Origin: an uncultured Prevotellaceae bacterium | GTDB taxonomy: Bacteria > Bacteroidota > Bacteroidia > Bacteroidales > Bacteroidaceae | Reading direction: 5' to 3' | DNA length: 64,000 bases | Assembly: GCA_902771785.1 (NCBI GenBank) | Contig: CACXYH010000004.1 | Span: forward strand, 5,849-69,848 | In this document: piece after piece, positions 42,877 to 53,269 of the stretch | Layout: each line of letters opens with the position of its first letter | Numbering within the stretch: the first letter of the stretch is position 1 | Program-made: the position numbers and the translations under genes | Notes under the pieces: generated by a model | Database searches by the model: none | What the model was told of the DNA's origin: nothing | What the model saw: only the letters and a program-made list of their open reading frames with translations

Positions 42877-44432
42877 ACACGCACTACATGCAAGGCCTTG
42901 ACTGGCTTATCTTAGGAGCTTATTTCGCCATACTCATTGCCATCGGAGTATGGGCCAGTACGAAACGAAAGAAGGAAGGTTCGCTCTTCCTGGCCGAACA
43001 TTCGCTGCGCTGGCACCACATCGGCTTCTCCATGTGGGGCACCAACGTAGGGCCTTCCATGCTGATTGCCTCGGCCAGTGCGGGCTTCACCACGGGCATC
43101 GTGTCGGGCAACTTCGCCTGGTATGCCTTCGTGTTCATTGCCCTGCTGGCATTTGTCTTTACTCCGCGCTACTTGGGAGCCAACGTCAGCACGCTGCCAG
43201 AGTTCATGGGCCTGCGCTTCGGACAGTCGACGCGCAACATTCTGGCGTGGTACACCATCGTTACCATCATCATATCATGGCTGGCGCTGACACTCTTTGC
43301 CGGCGGCATTCTCATCCGGCAGGTGTTCGACATCCCCATGTGGAGCTCGGCCCTCGTGCTACTGGTCATTTCGGCCTTCTTCACCATGCTGGGCGGACTG
43401 AAGGCTGTGGCCTATACCAATGTCTATCAGATGATATTGCTCATCGTCGTATCGCTGGTGCTGGTCATTGCAGGCTTAGACAAGGTGGGTGGCATTGCTG
43501 CCCTGGCCGATAAAGTACCTGCCGACTACTGGGTGATGTTCAAGCCAAACAGCGACCCCGACTTCCCGTGGCTGCCTATTCTGCTGGGCTATCCCGTCAT
43601 GGGCGTGTGGTTCTGGTGCACCGACCAAAGCATGGTGCAGCCCGTGCTGGCAGCCAAGAACCTGCGCGAAGGCCAACTGGGCACTAACTTTACGGGCTGG
43701 CTCAAGATACTGGACGTGGCGCTCTATATTCTGCCCGGCGTCATCTGTTTCGCACTCTACCCCACGCTGAAGAACCCTGACGAAGCCTATCTGACGATGG
43801 TCGAGAACCTATTCCCTGTAGGCATGGTGGGGCTGGTATTTGCCTTGCTGACGGCCTGTCTGGTGTCAACCATAGGCTCTGCCCTCAACGCGCTGAGCAC
43901 GGTCTTCACCATGGACATCTACGTGAAGAAGTTCAATCCCGGCGCCTCGCAGCGCCGCATCAACTATGTCGGGCGCATCGTCACCATGTGCGGAGCTGCC
44001 CTGGCCATCATCCTTACCGTGGCCATCGACAGCATCAAGGGGCTCAACCTCTTCAACGTGTTCCAGTCGGTGCTTGGTTTCATCGCCCCGCCAATGACGG
44101 CTGTCTTCATCTTAGGCATTTTCTGGCGACGCACAACGACGCGCGCAGCCAACTTCGCGCTGACTGTAGGCACGGCTTTCTGCCTTGTCGTTGGCATTCT
44201 CTATCTGTGGCCGCCGCAGTGGCTCCAGTTCCAGTGGCCCCACTTCATGCTGTTGTCGTTCGAACTCTTTGCGGTTTTGGTAGCATGCATGGTGCTCATC
44301 AGCCTGACCGACAGCGACAAGAAGCGCTACGAAATACCTGCTCCCATTCACGAGGGATGGTCGCGACTGGCCGTAGTGCTCTGGACGGCATTGGCTGTGG
44401 TCATGGTTGGACTTTACATATTCTTCAACTGA
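42873..44432 (+). CDS. Sodium:solute symporter (SSS/SGLT family)
   Basis: 519 aa with about 13-14 TM helices. N-terminal LDWLILGAYFAILIAIGVWAS..K, typical of SSS. ATGA overlap with GH31. Confidence 0.8.
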   Translation: MNTHYMQGLDWLILGAYFAILIAIGVWASTKRKKEGSLFLAEHSLRWHHIGFSMWGTNVGPSMLIASASAGFTTGIVSGNFAWYAFVFIALLAFVFTPRYLGANVSTLPEFMGLRFGQSTRNILAWYTIVTIIISWLALTLFAGGILIRQVFDIPMWSSALVLLVISAFFTMLGGLKAVAYTNVYQMILLIVVSLVLVIAGLDKVGGIAALADKVPADYWVMFKPNSDPDFPWLPILLGYPVMGVWFWCTDQSMVQPVLAAKNLREGQLGTNFTGWLKILDVALYILPGVICFALYPTLKNPDEAYLTMVENLFPVGMVGLVFALLTACLVSTIGSALNALSTVFTMDIYVKKFNPGASQRRINYVGRIVTMCGAALAIILTVAIDSIKGLNLFNVFQSVLGFIAPPMTAVFILGIFWRRTTTRAANFALTVGTAFCLVVGILYLWPPQWLQFQWPHFMLLSFELFAVLVACMVLISLTDSDKKRYEIPAPIHEGWSRLAVVLWTALAVVMVGLYIFFN

Positions 44433-44438
44433 GCTGGA

Positions 44439-44570
44439 AAAGTGCCGTTTTTCCATGAGTAAAGTGCCGCTTTTCAATGAGGAAAGCGGCACTTTTCGAT
44501 GGTCAAAGCGGCACTTTGCTGTGCTTAAAGCGGCACTTCGCAAAAGTCAAGGCGGCAGGCTATTAACTGC
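44439..44570. repeat. 22-bp-phased repeat array C (6 units, 132 bp), AAAG-N5-CTTY family
   Basis: Units: AAAGTGCCGTTTTTCCATGAGT, AAAGTGCCGCTTTTCAATGAGG, AAAGCGGCACTTTTCGATGGTC, AAAGCGGCACTTTGCTGTGCTT, AAAGCGGCACTTCGCAAAAGTC, AAGGCGGCAGGCTATTAACTGC (degenerate). The array starts 7 nt after the symporter stop. Confidence 0.9.
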
Positions 44571-44588
44571 AACACGCATCATAAAAGC

Positions 44589-44629
44589 AGAAACAGGGAC
44601 TTACCTCATGCAAGGTAGTCCCTGTTTCT
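44589..44629. terminator. Bidirectional hairpin terminator between array C and the phosphohexomutase gene
   Basis: AGAAACAGGGAC (44589-44600) / GTCCCTGTTTCT (44618-44629), extendable by TACC/GGTA. T-rich on both flanks. Confidence 0.65.
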
Positions 44630-44654
44630 TATTCAGTTTCGAGCGGGAAGAGGA

Positions 44655-46400
44655 CTAAAGATTCAGGCTCTTCTTGATAGCTTCAATCTTTTCTTCGGCA
44701 GCCTTGGTGCAGCGCTCGTAGCAGCCAGCACACTTGAAGCTGGCGTCCTTCACCTCGGTGTAGAACTTAATCTTGGGCTCTGTGCCGCTGGGACGAACCG
44801 AAATCTTGGTGCCATCCTCGCAGAACCACTGCAGCACGTTCGAGGTGGTAGGCATGTTGAGCTTCTCTTTCGAACCGTCGGCCTTCGTAGCTTCCAGAGT
44901 CTGATAGTCCTTCCAAAGCACGATGGGCGAGCCACCCAGTTCCTTCGGCGGGTTCTGACGGAAGTTGGTCATCATCTGCTTGATTTCGTCGGCACCCGTC
45001 TTACCAGGCTTCACGACGTTGATGGTCACCTCCTTCGAGAAGCCATACTCGGCGTAGATGTTCATGAGCAGGTCGTAGAGCGTCATGCCGTTGTCCTTAG
45101 CCCAGGCTGCGATTTCGCAAATCAGACAGATAGAAGCGGGTGAATCCTTGTCGCGCACCTTGTCGAACGGCAGGAATCCGAACGACTCTTCGCCACCGCC
45201 AATGTACTTCTGCTTGCCCTCAGAGACGCGAATCTCGTTGGCAATCCACTTGAAGCCCGTGTAGCAGTCGCGCAGCTCAACGCCGTTCTTCTCGGCAATC
45301 TTGGCAATCACTTCGGTAGTCACGATGGTCTTCACGAGGAACTCGTTGCCCTTGAGCTGACCCAGCTTCTTCTTGTTGGCGATAATATACCAGCAGAACA
45401 TCATGCAAGTCTGGTTGCCGTTGAGGATTTCCCATTCGCCCTTGGCATTGCGGCAGACAATAGCCAGACGGTCAGCGTCAGGGTCAGAGGCAATCACAAG
45501 GTCGGCATTCAGGCGTGTGCCCAGCTTCATGCCCAGCGTCATGGCCTCGGGATTCTCGGGGTTGGGGCTTACAACGGTTGGGAAGTTGCCGTCGATGACC
45601 ATCTGCTCAGGCACGACGTGAATGTTCTGGAAGCCCCATGAGCGCAGAGCCTCGGGGATGATGACGCGGCCCGTGCCATGCATCGGAGAGTAAACGATGT
45701 TGAGGTCCTTGTGACGAAGGATAACGTCCTGGTCGACCATGGCCTCTTTCACAGCCTGCAGGTAGTCCCAGTCCATCTCGCCGCCGATGATTTCAATCAG
45801 TTCCTTATTACCATCGAACTTCACATCCTCAATCTTCACCTTGTTCACCTCGTCGATGATACCCTTATCGTGCGGAGCAAGCACCTGTGCACCATCCTCC
45901 CAGTAAGCCTTGTAGCCATTGTACTCCTTGGGATTGTGCGAAGCGGTGACGTTTACACCAGCCTGGCATCCCAGCTGACGAATGGCAAAGGAAATCTCAG
46001 GAGTGGGACGAAGGCTTTCAAAGAGGTAAACCTTAATTCCGTTGGCCGAGAAGATGTCGGCCACGGTCTCGGCAAACATACGTCCGTTGTTGCGGCAGTC
46101 GTGGCCGACGACAACGCTTGTCTGCTTGCCAGGGAATGCCTTCAGAATATAGTTTGCAAAGCCCTGCGTAGCCATACCGACGATGTACTTATTCATTCGG
46201 TTGGTGCCTGCGCCCATGATACCGCGCAAACCGCCTGTACCAAACTCAAGGTTCTGATAGAAAGCATCGATTAAGGCCGTCTTGTCTTCATTGTCAAGCA
46301 TGGCCTGAACGTCACGTCTTGTCTCCTCATCAAAGGCTGGAGAAAGCCATTCCTTAGCCCGTGCCTCGCACTGAGCAATAAGTTGAGCGTTATTTTCCAT
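44655..46400 (-). CDS. Phosphoglucomutase/phosphomannomutase family phospho-sugar mutase
   Basis: 581 aa with the active-site loop VTASHNPKEYNGYK and the metal loop ASDPDADR. Confidence 0.9.
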   Translation of the reverse strand: MENNAQLIAQCEARAKEWLSPAFDEETRRDVQAMLDNEDKTALIDAFYQNLEFGTGGLRGIMGAGTNRMNKYIVGMATQGFANYILKAFPGKQTSVVVGHDCRNNGRMFAETVADIFSANGIKVYLFESLRPTPEISFAIRQLGCQAGVNVTASHNPKEYNGYKAYWEDGAQVLAPHDKGIIDEVNKVKIEDVKFDGNKELIEIIGGEMDWDYLQAVKEAMVDQDVILRHKDLNIVYSPMHGTGRVIIPEALRSWGFQNIHVVPEQMVIDGNFPTVVSPNPENPEAMTLGMKLGTRLNADLVIASDPDADRLAIVCRNAKGEWEILNGNQTCMMFCWYIIANKKKLGQLKGNEFLVKTIVTTEVIAKIAEKNGVELRDCYTGFKWIANEIRVSEGKQKYIGGGEESFGFLPFDKVRDKDSPASICLICEIAAWAKDNGMTLYDLLMNIYAEYGFSKEVTINVVKPGKTGADEIKQMMTNFRQNPPKELGGSPIVLWKDYQTLEATKADGSKEKLNMPTTSNVLQWFCEDGTKISVRPSGTEPKIKFYTEVKDASFKCAGCYERCTKAAEEKIEAIKKSLNL

Positions 46401-46449
46401 AATTTCCTAAAATTGAATTTAAGTTTTAGATTCATTCATATCTGAATGA

Positions 46450-46457
46450 CAAAGATA
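46450..46457 (-). promoter_or_regulatory. -7 promoter element (TATCTTTG)
   Basis: Plus-strand CAAAGATA, 50 nt upstream of the ATG at 46400. Confidence 0.45.
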
Positions 46458-46498
46458 CGAATTATTATGGAAAGTAACGCTCAGCAGTTCCTTTTTTT

Positions 46499-47695
46499 TT
46501 ATTTTTTTAGCAGTCTGTCTATCTCGTCGAACTGCTTGCCAAGATTCAAGTTAAGATATATGCGATAGAGAGCAGGGCCCCACTTCTGCTTTTCTTCGGG
46601 CATCAGCAGGCGATAACGCTCCATGTAGATACGCGCTTTCTGATAGGTGTCGCGCAGTTTCTCGCGGTCTTTCAGCTCGTCGAGCTTCAGTGCCATGTTC
46701 AGATAGGCCGAGCCCACGTTGAAGTAAGGTTCAGCAATCGAGTCGTTGAGGTCGAGCAGACGGTTGGCCACGTGAATACTCTCCTCATAGCGCTCCAGGG
46801 CAAGCAGGGCCGTAGACTTGGCAAGCAGGGCCAGCTGATTGGAATCGTTGATACTGACCACATGGTCGGCTATGGCCAAAGCCTCCTCATACTGCCCGTG
46901 AGCAGTATAGTAGTCGTTCAGGCGAGGAAAGAAATAATAGAACTCTGGGAACTTCTCAAAACCTCGACGCAACGTCTTCACATAAGCAGCTTCGTCGCCC
47001 GCCCACTGATGAGCCTTACACATGTATTGCAGCGTGAACTGAGCCTTTGACGAATCTGCCAATGCCTGCTCTGCGTAGCGCAGCGTCAGCGTCGGGTTCT
47101 GCATCTTATGGCCTGCAGAGGTTGCCCAGAATGCTGCCTCAGCCATGCGGCTGTCCTTGTGAGCGTAGTCATAGGCCGCGAAGAGAGGCTGGCGGGCACA
47201 GTCCATGTAGCACTCCATAAAGTCGAAGGCCTTCTGCCAATTGCCCTTACGAGTATGGAAGGTTCCACCATTGAAGAGGTTGGGCCTCAGCGCATTGAGT
47301 GCTTGGGCATGCTTGTCGCGATATTCGAGCTCCACGCGTCCCTTCTTATTGGGCCGGGCATCGAGCGAGTCGAGCGACTCAAGAATGCCGAACTGGCGTC
47401 GCACCAACTCAAAGAAGGCAGCCGTGTCCTGACTCTGCTTAAGATACATGCGCTGGTTGGCAGCCAGATACTGGCCGCGCACACTCTCGTACCACGTGAC
47501 GAGGATTTTCTCGTTGTCACGGTTCTTAGGGTCTTTACGCAGGTCGGTCATCAGCCTTTCGGCCTGTTCCAGGTTCTTGCCGCTCTTAATATAAGTCCGT
47601 GCTTGCGAGAGTTCTTTCTTCTGAGCTCTCAACAAGCACGGTGTTATCAGTAGTAAGAGAAGCAAGACAGTACTTGTCTTTGCTTGCTTCGTCAT
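46499..47695 (-). CDS. TPR-repeat protein with signal peptide
   Basis: 398 aa, alpha-helical repeat composition with TPR-like A/Y/L spacing. N-terminal signal LLLLLLITPCLLRAQ. Confidence 0.65.
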   Translation of the reverse strand: MTKQAKTSTVLLLLLLITPCLLRAQKKELSQARTYIKSGKNLEQAERLMTDLRKDPKNRDNEKILVTWYESVRGQYLAANQRMYLKQSQDTAAFFELVRRQFGILESLDSLDARPNKKGRVELEYRDKHAQALNALRPNLFNGGTFHTRKGNWQKAFDFMECYMDCARQPLFAAYDYAHKDSRMAEAAFWATSAGHKMQNPTLTLRYAEQALADSSKAQFTLQYMCKAHQWAGDEAAYVKTLRRGFEKFPEFYYFFPRLNDYYTAHGQYEEALAIADHVVSINDSNQLALLAKSTALLALERYEESIHVANRLLDLNDSIAEPYFNVGSAYLNMALKLDELKDREKLRDTYQKARIYMERYRLLMPEEKQKWGPALYRIYLNLNLGKQFDEIDRLLKK

Positions 47696-47706
47696 TCAAG
47701 GTCTGT

Positions 47707-48945
47707 TTACTTGTTAATCAACTTCTCCATCTCTGCAGCACGGGGATCCTTCAGAGAGTAATAAATCTGGTAGAGAGCATAGGCCCATTTCACCTTCTCC
47801 TGATCGGGGTCGAGTTCTCTGGTCTTCTCAACAAAGCTCTGAGCCTCGGTCAGCACGTCCTTCACCTTCTTGGCGTTGGCGGCGGTCAGGCCACCAGTGC
47901 GCTTGTCGGCCAGCTGATCCTTCAGGTCAATAGCCTTAGAGTTAAGACAAACACCGGCGTTGAAGATGCACTGCACGAAGTCGGGATCGATTTCGAGGGC
48001 CTTCTTGTAGGAAGCAACAGCCTCATCCCACTTGCGGTCGTTCATCTGGATTTCGCCCTTCAGAGCCCAAACCATCTTGTTGTTGGGGTCGATAGCCTCT
48101 TCTTCAGCCACCCATTCGGCCATACCCTTCATGTCGTTAGCACGTGTGTAGTACTCCATGAGCAGGTTGAAGTAGCGCTCCTCAGAGGGGTTAGCCTTGT
48201 GAAGCTCCTTGACCTTGTTCACATACTCCAGCGAGTCGGCAGCCGTCTTGCAGTTCTCTTTCTTCGAGAAAAGCAGGATTTCGTTAGCCTCATTTGCCTT
48301 GGCAGGGTCTTCTGCTGCCATGTGGGCATACTTTTCGGCATTGGCATAGTCTTTCTTCTGGTAAGCTACGAGGGCAGCATAGTAGGCAATCTCAGAACGA
48401 TACTGGTCTTTCGACAGGTCGACACCCTCGAAGAAGGGGTCTTTAGGAGATTCGAGATAGAGCGACCAATCCTTGAACGCTGCGTCGAGGTTCTTATGGT
48501 TGTACTCATAAAGACCGGCGTTGATAAGAGCGAGGCGCACGTTCTGCAGACGCTGCTGGTTGGGCTGGCGGAACTTAATCTTCACTTTGCCCTTTGCATC
48601 GGGCTGACGGTCAACCTCATCGCACTTGATAGCGGCCTCAAGAGCAGCCACTGCACTGTGATGCATTGCAAGCGTATCATAAGGGGCAGTTATCTTCTTC
48701 ACTTTATTCTCAAGCTCTTGGGTCTGAATGTCAGAGAACTGCTGATAATGAATATCAACCAACAGGTTCCACGCTGCAGCCTTATCTTTCGTCTCAGCGG
48801 AAGTCAGAGCAGGAGTCAATGTCTTTACAGCCTGAGCATACTCTTTGTTGCCAAGCTGCTTCTTTGCTTCCTTCACCAGGGCGTCCTGGGCAAAGGCGGT
48901 GGTGGCAGCTGCTGCCATCAGGGCCATCATCATGATTTTTTTCAT
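47707..48945 (-). CDS. TPR-repeat protein with signal peptide
   Basis: 412 aa with signal MKKIMMMALMAAAATTAFAQ and repeated TPR-like helices (e.g. WDEAVASYKKALEIDPDF). Downstream of gyrA. Confidence 0.7.
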   Translation of the reverse strand: MKKIMMMALMAAAATTAFAQDALVKEAKKQLGNKEYAQAVKTLTPALTSAETKDKAAAWNLLVDIHYQQFSDIQTQELENKVKKITAPYDTLAMHHSAVAALEAAIKCDEVDRQPDAKGKVKIKFRQPNQQRLQNVRLALINAGLYEYNHKNLDAAFKDWSLYLESPKDPFFEGVDLSKDQYRSEIAYYAALVAYQKKDYANAEKYAHMAAEDPAKANEANEILLFSKKENCKTAADSLEYVNKVKELHKANPSEERYFNLLMEYYTRANDMKGMAEWVAEEEAIDPNNKMVWALKGEIQMNDRKWDEAVASYKKALEIDPDFVQCIFNAGVCLNSKAIDLKDQLADKRTGGLTAANAKKVKDVLTEAQSFVEKTRELDPDQEKVKWAYALYQIYYSLKDPRAAEMEKLINK

Positions 48946-48972
48946 GTTCTTATAAATTTTTGGTTAGACAAG

Positions 48973-51531
48973 TTATTCGTTTTTGTTTTCATTGTTATTC
49001 TCTTCAGTGAAGTCTACCAGCGGTGCTTCTGCGCCGTCGCCAATAAGAGCATCCTCGGTCTCCATTTCATCATCATCGGTAGAAGACATCACCTTGCATA
49101 CTGAAGCAATGGTGTCGTTCTTCTTCGTGAGATTGATAAGGCGGACACCCTGAGTGGCACGTCCCATGACTCGCACATCAGCCACCTTCAAACGGATGAG
49201 GATACCGCTCTTGTTGATAATCATCAGGTCGTTCTCGTCGGTCACAACCTTAATGGCAACCAAACGACCGGTCTTCTCAGTAACGGCCAACGTCTTCACG
49301 CCCTTGGCACCACGGGCAGTCTTGCGGTAGTCTTCGATATCGGTACGCTTACCATAGCCGTTCTCTGAAACAACCATGATAGTCTCGGTCTGCGGATCGT
49401 TAACACACACCATGCCTACTACTTCGTCGTCGCCACCGTCAAGGCGCATGCCAATGACACCCGTAGAAACACGACCCATGGTGCGAATCTGGCTCTCGTT
49501 GAAGCGTACGGCACGACCATTCCGGTTGGCCAGCAACAACTCGTTATTGCCATTGGTCAGACGAACGCTCACCACCTGGTCGCCCTCGTTGATATTGATG
49601 GCGATAACACCATTGGTGCGTGGACGGCTGTAGGCCTCGAGGCACGTCTTCTTGACAACACCCATCTTCGTGGCGAACACCACATAGTGGCTGTTGACAA
49701 ACTCTTCATCGTCGAACTTTTTGATGCGCAGCACTGCATTGATAGCATCATCAGGCTCAATGTTGAGCATGTTTTGAATGGCACGTCCCTTCGAGTTCTT
49801 GTCACCCTCGGGTATTTCGTAGCACTTCTGCCAGTAGCAACGTCCTTTCTGAGTAAAGAATAATAAGGTATTATGCATCGTGGCAGGATAAATGTATTCC
49901 GTAAAGTCGTTGTCGCGATGGCGTGCAGCCTTCGAACCGACACCGCCACGACTCTGCTCATGGAACTCCGAAAGAGGAGTACGCTTAATATATCCCATGT
50001 GCGAGATGGTGATGACAACAGGATCATCAGGATAGAAGTCTTCTGCATTGAACTCATGGTCGAAGGGGATGATTTCGGTCTTGCGCTCGTCACCATACTT
50101 CTCCTTGACTTCCTGCAGTTCCTGCTTCATCACCTCCTTGCAGCGCTCCGGATTGTCGAGGATTTCCTGCAAGTCAGCAATGAGTTTCATCAGGTCGTCG
50201 TATTCCTGGTGCAGCTGGTCTACGCGAAGTCCGGTGAGCTGCGACAGACGCATGTCGACAATAGCCTTCGACTGGAGTTCGTCGAGTTCGAAACGCTTTT
50301 CCAGATTGCGCTGGGCGTCAGTAGGCGTAGCCGAATTGCGGATGATGTGGACAACCTCGTCGATGTTGTTGACTGCAATAATCAAGCCTTCGAGAATATG
50401 TGCACGCTCCTGTGCCTTCTTCAAATCATACTTCGTACGGCGGATGGTCACGTCATGACGATGCTCCACGAAGTATTTCACGCATTCCTTCAACGAAAGC
50501 AGACGAGGACGGCCTTTCACCAGGGCAATGTTGTTAACCGAGAACGAACTTTGCAGGGCAGTCATCTTGAAGAGCTTGTTCAGGAGCACGTTGGCATTGG
50601 CGTCGCGTTTCACGTCGACCACAATACGCATGCCTTGGCGACCTGACTCGTCATTCACATTGGAAACGCCCTCAATCTTGTGGGCTGTGGCCAATTCTGC
50701 TATATAGGAAACCAAGTCGGCTTTATTGACGCCGTATGGAATCTCCGTAACAACAATCTTGTCGTGGGTTTCGCCGCTCTCAATCTCTGCCTTAGCTCGC
50801 ATCACGATACGTCCACGACCAGTTTCATAGGCATCCTTCACGCCCTGCAGGCCATAGATGTAAGCACCTGTAGGGAAGTCGGGGCCGGGAATATAGTGCA
50901 TCAACCCGTCGGTGTCGATGTCGGGGTTGTCAATGTAAGCACAACAGCCATCGATTACCTCGCCCAAATTGTGGGTGGGCATGTTGGTAGCCATACCAAC
51001 GGCAATACCATTGCCGCCATTGACGAGCAGGTTAGGCACCTTGGTAGGCATGACGCTGGGCTCCGTGAGCGAATCGTCGAAGTTATTCACCATGTCGACG
51101 GTATCCTTCTCCAGGTCATCCATGATGTGTTCACCCATCTTCGAGAGACGGCACTCCGTGTAACGCATGGCAGCCGGAGAGTCACCATCTATCGAGCCAA
51201 AGTTACCTTGTCCGTCGACAAGGGTGTAACGCATATTCCAGTCTTGTGCCATGCGGACAAGTGCACCATATACCGAAGAGTCTCCATGAGGATGATACTT
51301 ACCAAGCACCTCGCCTACTACGCGCGCACACTTCTTGTAGGGTTTATCACTGGTGTTGCCAATTCCCATCATACCATAGAGAATACGACGGTGAACAGGC
51401 TTAAAGCCATCACGAACATCGGGGAGTGCACGAGCCACAATCACCGACATAGAATAGTCGATGTAGGAAGACTTCATCTCTTCCTCGATGTTGATTTTGA
51501 TAATTCTGTCGTTGTCGAACGTCTGTTCCAC
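48973..51531 (-). CDS. gyrA: DNA gyrase subunit A
   Basis: 852 aa with [12 protein letters not shown], the active-site Tyr context [10 protein letters not shown], a C-terminal beta-pinwheel and an acidic tail. Confidence 0.97.
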   Translation of the reverse strand: MEQTFDNDRIIKINIEEEMKSSYIDYSMSVIVARALPDVRDGFKPVHRRILYGMMGIGNTSDKPYKKCARVVGEVLGKYHPHGDSSVYGALVRMAQDWNMRYTLVDGQGNFGSIDGDSPAAMRYTECRLSKMGEHIMDDLEKDTVDMVNNFDDSLTEPSVMPTKVPNLLVNGGNGIAVGMATNMPTHNLGEVIDGCCAYIDNPDIDTDGLMHYIPGPDFPTGAYIYGLQGVKDAYETGRGRIVMRAKAEIESGETHDKIVVTEIPYGVNKADLVSYIAELATAHKIEGVSNVNDESGRQGMRIVVDVKRDANANVLLNKLFKMTALQSSFSVNNIALVKGRPRLLSLKECVKYFVEHRHDVTIRRTKYDLKKAQERAHILEGLIIAVNNIDEVVHIIRNSATPTDAQRNLEKRFELDELQSKAIVDMRLSQLTGLRVDQLHQEYDDLMKLIADLQEILDNPERCKEVMKQELQEVKEKYGDERKTEIIPFDHEFNAEDFYPDDPVVITISHMGYIKRTPLSEFHEQSRGGVGSKAARHRDNDFTEYIYPATMHNTLLFFTQKGRCYWQKCYEIPEGDKNSKGRAIQNMLNIEPDDAINAVLRIKKFDDEEFVNSHYVVFATKMGVVKKTCLEAYSRPRTNGVIAININEGDQVVSVRLTNGNNELLLANRNGRAVRFNESQIRTMGRVSTGVIGMRLDGGDDEVVGMVCVNDPQTETIMVVSENGYGKRTDIEDYRKTARGAKGVKTLAVTEKTGRLVAIKVVTDENDLMIINKSGILIRLKVADVRVMGRATQGVRLINLTKKNDTIASVCKVMSSTDDDEMETEDALIGDGAEAPLVDFTEENNNENKNE

Positions 51532-51633
51532 TGTTTACTTATTAGTGTTTTAATTCTTAATACTAAAGACCAATTTCACGTTTAAGGCACTTTTAAAGCC
51601 CGCTGACGCGTTTTGGTCCTTTTTTTCAGCCTA

Positions 51634-51641
51634 CAAAAGTA
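51634..51641 (-). promoter_or_regulatory. -7 promoter element (TACTTTTG) for gyrA
   Basis: Plus-strand CAAAAGTA, about 103 nt upstream of the ATG at 51531. Confidence 0.4.
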
Positions 51642-51725
51642 GTCTTTTTTTTGCACATACAAAAATGTTTTAAGCAATTTTTAAGTTATTTGCCACCCAT
51701 TGCGCGCTTTATCGACTTTTTTTTG

Positions 51726-51733
51726 TACTTTTG
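51726..51733 (+). promoter_or_regulatory. -7 promoter element (TACTTTTG) for rlmD
   Basis: Lies 21 nt upstream of the ATG at 51754. Confidence 0.5.
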
Positions 51734-51753
51734 CACCCAAATTATAAATAAGT

Positions 51754-53247
51754 ATGACAAGGAAAAAGAAAGAACTACCCCTACTACAGGGTATAACCAT
51801 CACGGCTTTTGCAGCTGAAGGGAAGTCGCTGGCAAGGGTCGACGACATGGTGGTATTCGTGCCATGGGCTGTGCCTGGCGACGTGGTCGACCTGCAGGTT
51901 AAGCGCAAGAAACACTCCTTTATGGAGGCAGAAATCGTGCGCTTTGTGGCAGAGAGTCCGCTGCGCACGAAACCATTCTGCCAGCACTTCGGGGTTTGCG
52001 GAGGCTGTAAGTGGCAGCAACTGCCCTACGAAGAGCAACTGAAGATGAAGCAGCAGCAGGTATACGACCAGTTAACTCGTATCGGAAAGGTTGAGTTGCC
52101 GGAATTCCGACCCATTCTTGGCTCAGTGCTGACGCAGGAGTATCGCAACAAACTGGACTTCGGATGTGCAAACAAGCGCTACCTGACGAAAGAACAGATA
52201 ATGGAATTGCCACACGACGAGAGCCAAAGCCTGAAAGATGTGCCAGCCATCGGTTTCCACATCACTGGAGCTTTCGATAAAATCCTGCCCATTGAGAAGT
52301 GTTGGCTGATGGACGACCTGCACAACCAGATACGCAATGAAATACGCGACTACGCCCTTGAGCACGAGTTGTCGTTCTTCGACCTGCGGGCGCAGAAGGG
52401 TTTGCTGCGCGACGTGATTATTCGAAACTCCATGAGCGGCGAGTGGATGGTCATCATACAATTCCATTATGACGAGACGGGAGGTGAGCAAGAGGCCCAA
52501 CAACTGCTGCAGCACATCGCCGACAAGTTTCCGCAAATCACGTCCCTACTCTATCTCGACAACCAGAAATGCAACGACACCATCGGCGACCAGGAAATAA
52601 TCACCTTCAAGGGGCAAGACCATATATTCGAACTGATGGAGGACTTGCGCTTCAAGGTGGGTCCCAAATCGTTCTATCAAACGAACACAGAACAGGCATA
52701 TCATCTGTACAGCGTCGTCCGCGACTTCGCATTCCGACAGTTAGACGGACATACGGACATACGGAAAGAAGAAACCCCGTCTGACCATCGGAGCCAAGAG
52801 CATCTACCTCTTGTCTACGACCTTTACACGGGCACAGGTACTATTGCAAACTTTGTGGCGCGCCAAGCACGCCAGGTAATAGGCATTGAATATGTGCCTG
52901 AAGCTATAGAAGACGCAAAGGTGAACTCGGCCATCAATCATATTGACAATACGCTCTTCTATGCAGGCGATATGAAAGACATTCTGAACGACGACTTCAT
53001 AGCCCGCCACGGACGCCCTGACGTATTGATCACCGACCCGCCTCGTGCCGGCATGCACCCCGATGTGGTGAAGACCATCATGAAGGCTGCGCCGCAAAGA
53101 ATTGTCTACGTGAGCTGCAACCCAGCCACACAGGCCCGAGACCTGCAGGACTTAGATGCAGAATATCGTGTCGTAGAGGTGCAACCCGTCGACATGTTCC
53201 CACACACGCCCCACGTAGAGAACGTGGTGCTGCTTGAAAAACGATAG
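51754..53247 (+). CDS. rlmD: 23S rRNA (uracil1939-C5)-methyltransferase
   Basis: 497 aa with an N-terminal TRAM domain, Fe-S cysteines CQHFGVCGGCKWQ, and the methyltransferase motifs DLYTGTGT, TDPPRAG and VSCNP. Confidence 0.85.
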   Translation: MTRKKKELPLLQGITITAFAAEGKSLARVDDMVVFVPWAVPGDVVDLQVKRKKHSFMEAEIVRFVAESPLRTKPFCQHFGVCGGCKWQQLPYEEQLKMKQQQVYDQLTRIGKVELPEFRPILGSVLTQEYRNKLDFGCANKRYLTKEQIMELPHDESQSLKDVPAIGFHITGAFDKILPIEKCWLMDDLHNQIRNEIRDYALEHELSFFDLRAQKGLLRDVIIRNSMSGEWMVIIQFHYDETGGEQEAQQLLQHIADKFPQITSLLYLDNQKCNDTIGDQEIITFKGQDHIFELMEDLRFKVGPKSFYQTNTEQAYHLYSVVRDFAFRQLDGHTDIRKEETPSDHRSQEHLPLVYDLYTGTGTIANFVARQARQVIGIEYVPEAIEDAKVNSAINHIDNTLFYAGDMKDILNDDFIARHGRPDVLITDPPRAGMHPDVVKTIMKAAPQRIVYVSCNPATQARDLQDLDAEYRVVEVQPVDMFPHTPHVENVVLLEKR

Positions 53248-53269
53248 CATAACTAACATTTTTACTATT

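Noticed and set aside
47599-49104. 501-aa + strand ORF spanning the TPR gene and the gyrA 3' end.
   Set aside because: It crosses an intergenic gap and two minus-strand genes that have good signal peptides and motifs. The sequence is Leu/Val-rich nonsense with no promoter motif upstream.
51570-51600. AAGGCACTTTTAAAGCCCGC in the gyrA/rlmD divergent region, which resembles a half core of the repeat family.
   Set aside because: It is a single partial match without phasing or a partner, and may be chance.
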